Shown here: positions 1 to 31,597 of the stretch, piece by piece | How positions within the stretch are numbered: the first letter of the stretch is position 1 | How the letters are laid out: each line of letters starts with the position of its first letter | DNA from: Eledone cirrhosa | Taxonomy: Eukaryota | DNA: 64,000 nucleotides | Assembly: GCA_964016885.1 (NCBI GenBank) | Contig: OZ024741.1 | Coordinates: 222,890,001 to 222,954,000 of the forward strand | Direction of reading: 5' to 3' | Notes under the pieces: model-generated | The model's input: only the letters and a program-made list of their open reading frames with translations | The model's database searches: none | What the model was told of the DNA's origin: nothing | Made by a program: the position numbers and the translations under genes

Positions 1-1098
1 GAGGGAAACTCTGAAGTGAAACCTGCAGTTTACATTATTGCTAATCATCTTAGGCTTGTCATCAGATAATAATCACTAAGACTTCGGGAGTGGCACTCAT
101 GTTATGCAACTGTTTCTCACTGTAATCCATGATGTACAGATGTCTCTTTTGCAATCTTCTCATCTGCTGTTCTCTCTCTCCAGACAATGTAGGACAGGAC
201 TCTGAATTTTTAGCACCATATAGACGTTGATCCAATTGCTACAGCTATTGGGTTTTCACGTAAATTCGAGCCAATAGAATAGCACCACTTCCGTCCGTAG
301 TTTCGTCACACCGTTCCTGTAGTATTGGCGGGAACAGTCATGGTTTTTACAGTCGCATCTGCTGATGTCTTACATTGGAGCGTTGTCAGTGACTGGTCAG
401 CTTGCTTGGGCTTGTCATCAGATAATAAGTGTTTCTACTTTTGGCACAAGGCCAGCAATTACCCAGTACATTACTGGTACTTTATTTTATCGACCCCGTA
501 AGGATGAAAGGCAAAATTAACCTCGACTGGATTTGAACTCAAACCGTAAAGGGACGTAACTATGCTAGAAAGCATGGCGTCCAACCCTCTACCGATACTG
601 TCATAATAATCACTAAGATTTAGAGAGTGGCACTTTAATCAATCATCTACCTATAATAATTTGCAATGTGTTTTTATTTGCTGTCACGAAAACGAGAGAC
701 TGTGGAAATTGGAGACTGTCGAACTGCAGGGACAAAAAGTGGATGAGAAAGAGAGGGGAAAGAAACAGTGGGAGAATGAAAATAAAAATGAGTGGAAGTG
801 AGGGAATAAAATTCTGAGTAAATTGCTACAAGAATTTTGAGACTAGTCGAAATGAAAGGTATAACGTAGTTATATAGTATACAATTTAGAATCCCAGGAG
901 GATGAAAAGTAATATTGACTATAGCAATAATTGAACTCAGGGCGTAAAAAGCTATCACTAAATGTCGCAAAGTCAATCTACCGCCTTCCAGAAAGAGCAG
1001 ACAATACAATAAATATCAGGCGTCATACAAGATAATGCCAAAAAATATTTCAAAAATAAAAGAATTTTATTTTAAAAAAAAAAGAATATATATTTGTG

Positions 1099-1201
<103 letters not shown>

Positions 1202-1446
1202 GTATACATATATATATATATATTCTTCTATGTGAGCTTGTTATAGCTTAATTGCTATAAATTAATGTTTTCTCTCTCGTCTCTTACTCCACTGGCTTGT
1301 GACAGACGCTGTGACCCCGGGTGGACCAGCAATACCGTTGATAGAGGTCGCAACTGCCAATATCCATCTCAACGGCAGATGACCCTGGAGTAAACAATCT
1401 TTTTCTGTCACTGCTAGAACAAAAGGATATCGATGGTCATCTAAAA

Positions 1447-1647
1447 CTGGCATATCAAACTGAGGGTCCCCCCGAGGGCCACATGGGTAACATATGTGTT
1501 GTCTGAGGGCCACATGGGTCACATATGTGTTGTCTGAGGGCCACACATGACAACTAATATTATTTATTTTATATTGCGCTCGCGCTGTAAAAACCTTTGT
1601 GCGGGCCGCAGGTGTGCTTGTAAAGAGCCGGATGTTTGACATGCCTG
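1447..1647. mobile_element. hAT (Charlie-like) MITE
   Basis: TIRs CTGGCATATCAAAC / GTTTGACATGCCTG; 8-bp TSD ATCTAAAA. Confidence 0.85.
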
Positions 1648-1877
1648 ATCTAAAATACATAGCGTAATGAGACTGTTTGCTTGCAAACGAATCGAATATT
1701 ATTATCATTCGATATAAAACTCACGAATACATTTATGTATCCGCTATGTTAGAGCGAAACTAATTGTTTTTCGGTTTGCTTTATTTTTGTTCGTTGTCTT
1801 CGGTTTATCATATATATATATATCGTTTCTGAATTTGTTTAGCAAGATTCTTTATCTGAAATCGTGTGTTGAAACCG

Positions 1878-2326
1878 ATATTGTTATACTTTGGGAGGGT
1901 CATGTTGCCAATAAGAAACACACGCACCAGTTGCTTTCACTTCAATTTATTATATATTTATAAATTTACAAATTTATAAATTTCTGGTTGGTTGGTTGGT
2001 TCCACAACCAGATAGTTGTTTATATATAGTCATAGTCCTTTCGTCACACACTCTGTGACCTCTTCAGTGACTGGGGATTCCTTTCTTTGTTTCTGTGCCT
2101 CTCCTTTCTCTGTCCTACGCCATTTTGTTTCTGTGTGTGTGTTGTGTGCTCAGTTTGCGCATGCGCCACATCCGGGTGTCTGTGTGTGTTTATGTTCATT
2201 TATCTATTTGTTTATTTATTTATTTATTTATTTACATTTATTATAAATTTATAAATATATAATAAATTGAAGTGAAAGCAACTGGTGCGTGTGTTTCTTA
2301 TTGGCAACATGACCCTCCCAAAGTAT

Positions 2327-2333
<7 letters not shown>
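1878..2333 (-). mobile_element. Penelope-like pLTR with inverted partial copy
   Basis: Arms ~1878-1968 and ~2244-2333 are inverted; hammerhead in the spacer; homologous to 42740-42975. Confidence 0.75.
2028..2072 (-). ncRNA. Minimal type-I hammerhead ribozyme motif
   Basis: AGUCA CUGAAGA G GUCACA-GAGUG-UGUGAC GAAA GGAC UA UGACU. Confidence 0.65.

Positions 2334-2413
<80 letters not shown>
2331..2413. repeat. (TA)n microsatellite
   Basis: Direct observation. Confidence 0.98.
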
Positions 2414-2416
<3 letters not shown>

Positions 2417-3721
2417 TATATATATTAGTAGGTTGACAAAATCACAGTAAAAAGTACACAGAAAAACAACACAGTAAAACGATACAGGACAATGAAGCCG
2501 TATATTAGTTTAACGGGAGTGGTTCATTTTAGATATCGATACAACATTCAAAGGGAAATAACTACAGTAATTTTAATTTGCGTGTTATTCCCCTTTTAAT
2601 TTGATTTGTGTACGAATAACAAAATAGATATAAGGTGAAGTTAGGAGAATTAATATTTATTTATTTATAACTATTATCACCATATTTACTAGATTCTCCT
2701 ATAATCTTACTTTTACTATTTCTATTTAAAGGTTGGTGGTCGACATTAAAAAAAAAAGACTACCACTTAAATCAAAATTAATTTAGGTAATAAGGACAGG
2801 CGTCAAGTGAACCAGGAGACCTAACATGGTTAAACGATACTGTGACAATATATCAACCTTCGTCTTCTCGTTTTCCGCCTTATTCTCCACATTCTAAGGG
2901 AGTTAACTTGCATCGCCCTGTCTCTCATCCCTCCCTTCCAACGTCTGATCCCAACAGAGTTAATCCTGTTCACCCCATTATTCATCGCACCACTGCCTGA
3001 GTTAATTTTACTCATCAAGTTCCCATCTATCTCTACCGGTATCGATGGTCATCTAAAACAGGCATATCAAAATTCTAATGTTGATCCTTTGGAGTCAGTT
3101 GCCGTCAATTCACTACCAAATTGCATTCTCTGTCTCCGCACAAGTTGTTATTTGAAATACATCTAATGCCACGTTACTAAGGTTCAAGCGGAAAGTCTTT
3201 CAAACTGGTCTTCTAACCAATGCCATTTCAGCTCCGACACCTTCGCGAGACAGAACCTTGTTCTGATGACCAACTTCCTGTTGAGGATTTTGCCGCTGCC
3301 CTCCAGGGTTTATATAATTCGAAACCCATTAATAGGATTACAAAGGGAGCTTGGAATAATTTCGCCCGTGCTCCTTCCAAACTACTGAAAATCCAACAAT
3401 ATTTTCGATTGGCAGAGTCTGTTCTTATTCCTTCGTATTTTCTTTTTCTCCGTGTGCCTAATGTGGAATCTGGTTTCCTTGTATAGAAGAGAATGTTTCC
3501 CCACGTTGTGATCTACGACCTCGGAGACATCACTATAAATAAATTTCCCTTGTAGAAAGACTCGCGGCGCCAATTGTAGGAAAGGGGATATTTTCTAAGG
3601 GTCAACTGTTTACTGTAAAAGAAACAAGTGATCATTGATAAAATATGCTGTCGACCGGATTTGGAAGTATCCTCACCGTCGTACCAAATTAACTCAACAT
3701 CAGTACTTCCACTGGTACTCC

Positions 3722-4482
3722 TATAACGGCGGCGAACATTCGAAACCGAATCTGAGCTTTCCCGCCTCTGGGACAAGCCGTGGTTAGTTGTTTACGCCTG
3801 GCAGACCAACCCCTTCGGAGATGCTAAACACAGGTCAGATGTTGTTGACGCCTGGCAGAAAAGAGGTCAGATGATATATCCATCCTTCTAACTTCAACCG
3901 TTATAAATACAAGGGTTGTTTACACCCGGCAGACCAATCCCTTGGGAGATGCTAACCACAGGTCAGATGGTATATCTATCCTCCTAACTTCAACCCTTAT
4001 AAATACAAGGGTTGTTTACACCCGGCAGAAAAAGTGAGACCACAGATAAGAGCGGACGTATTTTCACCAACGCTGTCAATACTCCCTTCACGAAAAACCA
4101 GTCTGTCCACTAATTTCTCACACGCCATTCCCGCCTGGCTGATTGAATCCTACTACTGCTAAGACAAGAAAGTATACTAATACGCACACACGCACACATA
4201 GTAAGTTCACACTGCTTGCATTTTTACACGCACCATTTTTGTCTGTCATATTGTATCTTTCAGATACAATACAAATTATATTATAATCGTATTCTGTGAT
4301 ATTTGTATTTTCGTGGCTCGAAGAACCACCAACTTATTGTACGAATATTTCATGTTATAGATGTTATCATTCAATATTCAAATTGAATATTGTTATAATA
4401 AAATAAACATTGTAACAACACAATCCTGGTATTATTCTTTGCATTGAAATCATCATACCAACAATTCCACTTAATCGTTACA
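3722..4482 (+). repeat. 5' LTR (761 bp)
   Basis: Direct repeat of 8061-8821; TATAACG...CGTTACA. Confidence 0.95.
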
Positions 4483-4484
4483 AC

Positions 4485-4495
4485 TGGTGACCCCG
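4485..4495 (+). other. Primer binding site (tRNA-Trp type)
   Basis: TGGTGACCCCG two nt after the LTR; same start as the tRNA-Trp PBS of avian retroviruses. Confidence 0.8.
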
Positions 4496-4629
4496 TGGAA
4501 CAGACACACAACCTTCTGATTATTCACTACAAACGATGTGCCTAACACACGACGATTCATCAACGGCAGAAATGGCAGTCCGGGTGGCGTTTACATTAAG
4601 GATACCACCATTTTGGGTGCACGATCCAA

Positions 4630-7510
4630 CATTCAGGATCGCGTCACAGGCATGCGTTTCCTGGTCGACACCAGTGCTGAAGTCAGCATCATCCCGGTTT
4701 TCTGCGTTCCTGGAAAAAGGAAAGAAACACCAGCCTGACTCCATGCGGTGAATCATTCACCTATTCCGACCTACGGAGAGTAGTCCCTGGCACTAAATTT
4801 AGCACTACGCCGCACTTTCCAGTGGGTATTCGTTATGGATAAGCTGCTGACCCCTATTTTCGGGGCTGATTTTCTTCAGCACTTCTCACTGCTAGTGGAC
4901 CTGAAAAACTGACGACTCGTTGACAACTCCACTGGTCTCGCTGTGCGTGGCATAGCCGCTCGGACAGCTACAGTCAGCCAGTTATTTCACGATCGGCAAC
5001 AACAACCCGGCACAACCATATAATCAACAGATACCCAAACGTAGCTCGACCAGTATTCAACGCCTGCCCTGTAAAACATGACGTTACTCACCACATAAAA
5101 ACACACGGCCCACCTGTCGCTGCACGACCTAGAAGGCTACCACCAGACCGGCTGAAGTCCGTCAAACAAGAATTTTAGCACACGCTGGATCTCGGCATCA
5201 TACGTCCGTCCAGCAACAACTGGTCCTCACCCATACATTGTGTACCCAAGAAGTCGTCGAACGACTGGCGAATCTGTGGCGACTACCGTGCACTTAACAA
5301 CTGCACCGTGCCTGACTCTTATCCAGTGCCTCATCTACAGGACTTCTCTCTCTCGCTGCACGGCGCTCGCATATTTTCGAAGATCGATCTTGTGCGAGCT
5401 TATAATCAGATACCTGTGGAGCCCGCTTATATTCCTAAGACCGCCATCACAACACCCTTTGGAATGTTCGAATTCCTGCGTATGCCTTTCGGTTTGCGCA
5501 ATGCAGCGCAGACATTCCAACGGTTCATCGATACAGTCACCAGAGGTCTACCTATTGTATACGCATACATCGACGACTTACTGGTGGCAAGCGGCTCCGA
5601 AGGAGCACATGAGAGGCACCTGCACCTGCTATTCGAACGTTTGCGTGAATACGGAATTGTTAACAACCCCAGCAAATGTGAGTTTGGAGTTGCGTCCCTT
5701 AATTTTCTGGGACACATCATTGATGAAGATGGTATTCGCCCACTTAAGGAGAAAGTCAAATCAATCATTGATTTTCCACAGCCCACATCTCTCCGCAAAC
5801 TGCGAGAATTCCTTGGTCTGGTGAACTTCTACAGAAGATTTATACCCACTGTGCAGAGACAGCCCAACCGCTCACAGATTTGCTGCGGCAGCGAACAACC
5901 AAAAACGCTAAAAAGAATGTACCGCTTTCGCTGAGTTGAAGAAAATGTTGTACGAGGCTACAATGCTGAGTTATCCCAAACCTGACGCGCCAATGTATGT
6001 ATTGACTGATGCATCCGATTTCAGAGTTGGAGGTGTGCTTCAACAACTCTCTGGCGATATTTGGCGACCTGTATCTTTTTTCTCTAAGCGATTAAAATCC
6101 GCCGAAACTAAGTACAGCACATTCAGTCGTGAATTATTGGCAGCATACTTTGTTGTCAAGCATTTTCGACACATGTTAGAAGGTCGTGTGTTCTCCATGT
6201 ACACCGACCACAAACCACTAGTGTACGCGTTCAACGCCAAGCCTGATCGCTACTCACCCAGGGAGGTCCGACATCTGGACTTCATTTCTCAGTACACTAC
6301 TGATATTCGGTACATTAAGGGTGCCACCAACTCAGCAGCTGATGCCCTGTCGCGCATGGAGCTTAACGCAATCCACACCACTGCCACTATCGATCTCCAG
6401 AAGATTGCAGCGGATCAACAGGATGATGAGGAACTGTTACAGCTCCGGAAATCATCCTTGAAATTGCAGGAATGCCCGCTGCCCTCTTCTTCAGGTTATA
6501 TTTGGTGCGACATCTCCACAGGCCACGAGCACCCATACGTGCCCCGGAAACATCGACGCGACGTTTTTTCGGCACTGCATTCTCTGGCACATCCTGGCGT
6601 CCGTGCCACGCAGAAACTGATGGTTGCCCGCTTTGTGTGGCCCAACATCATGAAGGACACCGCGAATGGGCTAGGAACTGTATCGCATGCCAGAAGGCGA
6701 AAATTCACCAGCACATCAAAGCCCCGATCGGTTCTTTCGCAACACCTGATGCACGGTTCCAACATGTGCACATAGACATCGTTGGACCTTTGCCTCCTTC
6801 TCACCTGTGTCGACCGATTCTCTCGCTGGCCAGAAGCTTTTTCTCCTGACGGATATTACCGCGGAAACTGTCGCCAAAACACTAGTTATTTCACTGGGTT
6901 TCGCGTTTCGGCACACCCGCGACCATCACTACGGATAGAGGACGTCAGTTCGATTCGAACCTCTTTACCGAGCTGACTCGTCTCGGGTGTAAACAGATCC
7001 GTACAATGGCGTATCACCCTGCAGCTAACGGCATGGTTGAACGTTTCCACCGTCAGCTAAAAGCAGCCATCAAGGTTTATGCAGACTCCACTAACTGGTT
7101 CGAATACCTCCCACTCATTCTTCTTGGTATTCGTTCCACTGTTAAGGAGGGAGCCGGACATTCTCCGGCTGAAATGGTTTATGGCACGGTACTCGCTCTA
7201 CCCGGGCAAATGATCGCTCCTATTTCGCCACAAGAACTTCCAGACCCAACAAAATATGTGCACCGTTTACGGTCATCGATGTCGCATCTGTCTCCTTCAG
7301 CCCCTAAACAACAGCACGTTACTTCACAACTACCAAAAGACATCGATACATGGACGCATGTTTTCGTTAGAAATGACGGTATTCCATCGCAACTTCGTCC
7401 GCCGTATTCCGAGCCCTATAAGATAATACAGAAACGCCCTTAGTATTTCGTCCTCGACTTGAACGGGAAACAAAATACCGTCTCCATTGACTGTTTAAAA
7501 AAAGTGTCCA
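4630..7510 (+). pseudogene. Gypsy pol (PR-RT-RH-IN), disrupted
   Basis: ORF fragments 4538-4738, 5308-5934, 5936-6775, 6472-6849 and 7006-7443. Confidence 0.93.
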
Positions 7511-8060
7511 TGGAACAGGATGTGCCACCATTACCCACCGTTTCTCCAGCAGACTCACCAACAACTTTGCCCGACACAAACACGACAAATTCTGAACAAC
7601 CCCCCACACACCAAATCTGGAAGAACAGTTCGATGGACCACGCTATACGTACAAGTTTATCGGGTAAGTACAAATTATGCATCTGGTCGACATTTCGGCT
7701 AATTTGTACATTTCAACGAATCGGCCAATTTCTGTGGTCATGAACTATTGCTACACACAAATCAATTAACTCTGTGCATCATACACATCAAAAGAACAGA
7801 CAAAAGAACATTTTTCCGTTTCTATGAAATGAACGAACTTTTAATCAACAAACTTTTCGTACGAACATTTTCAATATTATGTAACATCACAGTACATTTT
7901 CCTGCATGTAAATTTGTTTTCTTTCATTTCGCCTGTTTGTAAATGACTTTCATGTATTTTTTTTCTGATTTTTTTCAACAACACACCTAGTCATACCTAT
8001 CTTAATTTCACATACACATAGATCGTTCGATCTTTAGCTTTCTCACTGGAAGCGGGGTAC

Positions 8061-8821
8061 TATAACGGCGGCAAGCATTCGAAACCGAATCTGAGCTTTC
8101 CCGCCTCTGGGACAAGCCGTGGTTAGTTGTTTACACCTGGCAGATCAACCCCTTGGGAGATGCTAAACACAGGTCAGATGTTGTTTATACCTGGCAGAAA
8201 AGAGGTCAGATGATATATCCATCCTTCTAACTTCAACCGTTATAAATACAAGGGTTGTTTACGCTCGGCAGACCAATCCCTTGGGAGATGCTAACCACAG
8301 ATGAGGTGATATATCTATCTTTCTAACCTCAACCCTTATAAATAGAAGGGTTGTTTACACCCGGCAGAAAAAGTGAGACCACAGATAAGAGCAGACGTAT
8401 TTTCACCAACGCTGTCAATACTCCCTTCACGAAAAACCAGTCTGTCCACTAATTTCTCACACGCCACTCCCGCCTGGCTGATCGAATCCTACTACTGCTA
8501 AGACAAGAAAGTATACTAATACGCACACACGCACACATAGTAAGTTCACACTGCTTGCATTTTTACACGCACCATTTCTGTCTGTCATATTGTATCTTTC
8601 AGATACAATACAAATTATATTATAATCGTATTCTGTGATACTTGTATTTTCGTGGCTCGAAGAACCACCAACTTATTGTACGAATATTTCATGTTATAGA
8701 TGTTATCATTCAATATTCAAATTGAATATTGTTATAATAAAATAAATATTGTAACAACACAATCTTGGTATTATTCTTTGCATTGAAATCATCATACCAA
8801 CAATTCCACTTACTCGTTACA
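8061..8821 (+). repeat. 3' LTR (761 bp)
   Basis: Direct repeat of 3722-4482, preceded by a purine-rich tract. Confidence 0.95.
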
Positions 8822-9228
8822 CTCCTAACTCTATACCAATAACAAGAACCAGATCTGGTCTCGCTGTGTCCAATATTTCGAGTAACATTCCTCATCACAT
8901 CTATCATTTGTCGATCCTTCTTTTTCTTTCTACAAAAGAAGTGTGAAGGCAGTTTTCTATCTGAAGCCATTGGTTCTCTCTCTCGTAAACCTTTTTGATT
9001 ATCGATCACCACTACCGTATCGATCTGGGCAGAGAACTAATGTAGTGAAAGAAATTTTACCCTAGTGGTCACGACCACCAAAAGATTGCCCTACAACCTC
9101 AAAGACATCACTATAGATAAATTTTCCTTGTGGAAAACTCACGGCGCCAACTGTACAAAAGGAGGACATTTTCTAAAGACCATCTGTTTGTTGTAAAAGC
9201 AACTAATGTTCATTATAAATACGCTGTC

Positions 9229-9305
9229 ATCCTTACGGGGTCGATAAAATAAAGTACCAGTAATGCACTGGGTAATTGCTGGCTTTGTGCCTAAAAGTTG
9301 AAACA
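9229..9305 (+). mobile_element. 5'-truncated Meta-domain SINE
   Basis: 17-bp TSD ATTATAAATACGCTGTC (9212-9228 and 9306-9322). Confidence 0.85.
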
Positions 9306-9659
9306 ATTATAAATACGCTGTCGTTTGGCCCTAGGAAGGCATTCTCTTGCATGTTGCCTGTTTGACAACACAGTTTGCCACATATGAGTTACTACTACTA
9401 TTTCTATGGCATCACAAACTTGTCACTTTTTAAGGTAAAACAAAGTGACATCTCACACAACGCATAGGCTTTATTGACACCATAATCATTATCGAACACT
9501 ATAATCATCGATTGTATTTACGATTCAAAGCAGTAGTATTTTTCGTTTTGTGAGGTAAAGTAAAGCTATATATATATATTAAACTAGAATTATTGTACTT
9601 GTATTCGTTTTTTCCTCACAAATAAACTTTGCTTCCGACTCACATCTTCCCTAAAACGA

Positions 9660-10760
9660 CAGTTTGAGCTGTCCACCGCAACCACTGTTTATCTCAAGTC
9701 GGAGGTCAACACGGTTTCTAAAAATGGACGATCGCCAAACTTCAAGAAAGCTGTCAACGCCAAATCCAGAAAATCTGACATTAAAGGGGCTGTTCGCCTC
9801 TTCTCTTCTCTGTCCTCCCTCGCCCACTGTAATACAAAGACCCTCGAATGATTAAAAGAGGAACATCCTTCGGTCCTTCCGGATGACTGTTTACACTGGC
9901 CTGACCCACAGGTTATTCAAAACCAGTTTTCACCTCTGATAACACCTGGAAGCCGATTGCATCCTTTCCTGCAGGATTGGCCTACGGCCCAAGCATCTTA
10001 AGGATGATAACTCCCTGTTGGCCGATGATACCAGCCTCGAGCAGTTTGTCAATATGTTCTTGTTCGAAAGTATCCTTCTCAATATTTGCCCCTTGTTCTT
10101 TGACACTAAAACTGTTCGGCCTCGCAAAGTCCAGTGACGATCTCCACCCCATTGCAGCTGAGTGCATTCTGCAACGGCTTATAGCAAAAGTGTGTTGGTC
10201 ATCGATTTCAGCTGGTTGTGGGTACCAAGATGGGTTGTGAGGCAGCCGTCCACGCCACAAGAGCTTTTACCAACTTGCCTTTTGATATCCCCAAGTTTAT
10301 CCTCAAACTCGATCTCAAGAATGCCTTCAATTCCATCAGTCGGGATGCCATCCTCCGTTCAGTAAGAGAGAGGGCCCCACAGTTCTATCATTTTGCTTGC
10401 CAAACTTATCCGGAGCCCTCCTTCCTCTCTTTTGGTGACCATTTCATCCTATCTACCTCAGGAGTCCAACAAGGTGACCCGCTCGGACCTGCTCTATTCG
10501 CATTGTGTATCGATGACGTTACCAAAATAAGAACTGGCCTGGATTTGAATGTTTGGTATTATGATGGTGCATGTTTGAGGATGGGGGGCTCCAGATAAGT
10601 TGCAACTACGAAGAAGATGATTGAAAAACTTGATCGTAAGGACCTCCATGTCAACAGCTCCAAATGCAAACTCTGTGTCCTCAACCACCCAGCTTCAAAA
10701 CATCAGCAGACTGTAGACTTGTTTGCATAATCTTTCCTCTCATAGGCACGGGGCTCTCCA
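9660..10760 (+). mobile_element. CRE-like non-LTR retrotransposon RT relic
   Basis: DIKGAVRL, EAAVHATR, KLDLKNAFNSISR, GVQQGDPLGPALF, LNVWYYD; frameshifted. Confidence 0.75.
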
Positions 10761-11813
10761 ATTACTGATCTCGCTTTTCAAACTAAAAACTTGGTTTTGA
10801 AACCTTTTTATATATAAAATACTACAATTAGCAGTCATTTTTTTACGGCACGGGGCCACCTAGTTAAGAATATTACGCAAACAGCCACTATTGTTATCAC
10901 AATGTAGGACGTTCTCTGACATGTAGAACACCAGGCGAAAGCCGCCATTTTGTCTCAATGGACAGAATGGAGAAAATGTTTCCCCAGAGAATATCGAGGA
11001 AGACGCATTGAAATAACAATTCAACTCCCGGAGTTTACTCCTGCGGATGGCCAACTCCGTCTATATTTTATTTTTTGTTTATTTGATATAATAAATTCTT
11101 TTTAAGCTTATTTTTTTATATCTGAACTTCATTTGAACATATACAATTTAATTAGCGTAAAATTTTATTTATGTGATAGGGTCCGGGAAAGGCACCATAA
11201 GCAATTTATGCTCCTTTAAGAATCAACAAATGTTGGTTTGTCACTCAGATTTTTATGGCATACGAGGCCCCTGCTCAGAAGTCTCCGCTGTAATACCTTC
11301 AACGACAAACCTGTCGGAAAGCGACTGACACTTCAACAGCTTGCGATCTTCAACTTGTCGAGCAACAAAACATGGGTCTCCCATCGAATAGACCAAGTTG
11401 CCGTTGAAGAAAGTGTTGCAACACGTCGTATCTGTTTCCGTCACTTGATGGCGGTCGTGATTAGGCATCGTTTTGAAGGGATTTAGTCGAGTGTAAATAA
11501 TGGTTTTAGATTTAAGCACAAGGCCAGCAATTTTGGAGGAGGGGAAAACGATTAAATCGACCCCAGTATGTGATTGGTACCTTATTTCATCGACCCCGTA
11601 AGGATGAAAGGCAAAGCTAACCTCGGCGGGATTTGAACGCAGAACCTAAAGGGCTGTAGCTCTATGCTGCAAAGCATGGTGTCCTACGCTCTACCGAAAC
11701 TGTCAATCCACCGCCCTTCCAGTGTAAATAAGCAACAATGATGACGATTACCACCACCCCCAGAAGCATTGAGAAACTTGAAATGTGTGCGTCCCAGAGC
11801 AAATAACCATAAT

Positions 11814-12000
11814 TGTTTCGACTGTTGGCACAAGGCCAGCAATTACCCAGTGCATTACTGGTACTTTATTTTATCGACCCCGTAAGGATGAAAGGCAAAG
11901 TTAACCTCGGCTGGATTTGAACTCAGAATGGCAAGGGCCGTAACTATGCATCAAAGCATGGCGTCCGGCCCTCTACCGATACTGCCAATCCACCACCCTT
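11814..12000 (-). mobile_element. tRNA-derived Meta-domain SINE (representative)
   Basis: tRNA-like head with B box GAGTTCAAATCC; GCCTTTCATCCTTACGGGGTCGATAAAATAAAGTACC core; 16-bp TSD AGCAAATAACCATAAT. Other copies at ~429-601, 11501-11720, 12801-12900, 13270-13415, 22630-22818, 28285-28457, 37530-37692, 41748-41939 and 44363-44570. Confidence 0.85.
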
Positions 12001-12149
12001 AGCAAATAACCATAATATTAGTCAATCACTGTAGATAATAGTTGAGAAAATCAGGTAAAGTACCCCTGGAGACAGGGAAAAGTGGACAGAGACCACTGAC
12101 CACATTTTTTCGTCTCCGGTGGTATTGTTCACGATTTTCTCAGCAATGA

Positions 12150-12343
12150 TTTAATCGCGAGTGAGCGGGCACTCACACATTAATAGAAAGAGAGATAGAG
12201 AAGGGAAGAAAGATCAACTGGAGAGGGAAAATCGCGAGAGAACTTCTAGAATATATAATTGAATGAGAGGAAGTGCTTGCTTGGACCCGGAAGTTGATAG
12301 ATTTATCCAGTAGTTTAGTCTAGCAAAACTTCAACGTGACAAA

Positions 12344-12349
<6 letters not shown>
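12150..12349 (+). promoter_or_regulatory. Putative PRMT3 housekeeping-type promoter
   Basis: Two TCGCGA motifs (~12155, ~12232), ETS core CCGGAAGT at 12287-12294, and YY1-like AAAATGGCG overlapping the ATG. Confidence 0.5.
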
Positions 12350-31279
<18,930 letters not shown>

Positions 31280-31597
31280 CTGGAACTGATTTCTCAATGA
31301 TGGGACTGTATTTATTTATTTTTATACATATGTATACATACATGCACATACATACGTATACACACATGCACATACATACGTATATATATATATGTGTATA
31401 GTAACTGGTAAAATTCCAATGGAGGGCCCACTCTGTTTTGCCAACTTTCAGACCAGCTAAAACAGAATGGGATTTCCATTGTGATTTTACCAATTACTCT
31501 ACCAGCTCTACACATAAACATGTATTAAGCACAACACTGATCTGTGGTCTTCCCTGTCCCCATACTGCAAAAACTTTATATATATATATTATATATA

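Larger units (their letters stand above)
3722..8821 (+). mobile_element. Gypsy/Ty3 LTR retrotransposon, decayed, gag-deleted
   Basis: LTRs 3722-4482 and 8061-8821, TSD CTCC, PBS at 4485, PPT ~8046-8060. PR (FLVDTSA), RT (YIDD), RNase H (TDAS, TDHKPL) and integrase ([17 protein letters not shown]-like) in Gypsy order, with stops and frameshifts. Confidence 0.96.

Noticed and set aside
54-634. Direct repeat CTTGTCATCAGATAATAATCACTAAGA...GAGTGGCACT with CTGATGA on the minus strand
   Set aside because: No GAAA half or stem II; truncated by the window edge and unclassifiable
674-1009. 111-aa hydrophobic ORF
   Set aside because: Compositionally biased, with no recognisable motif or splice context
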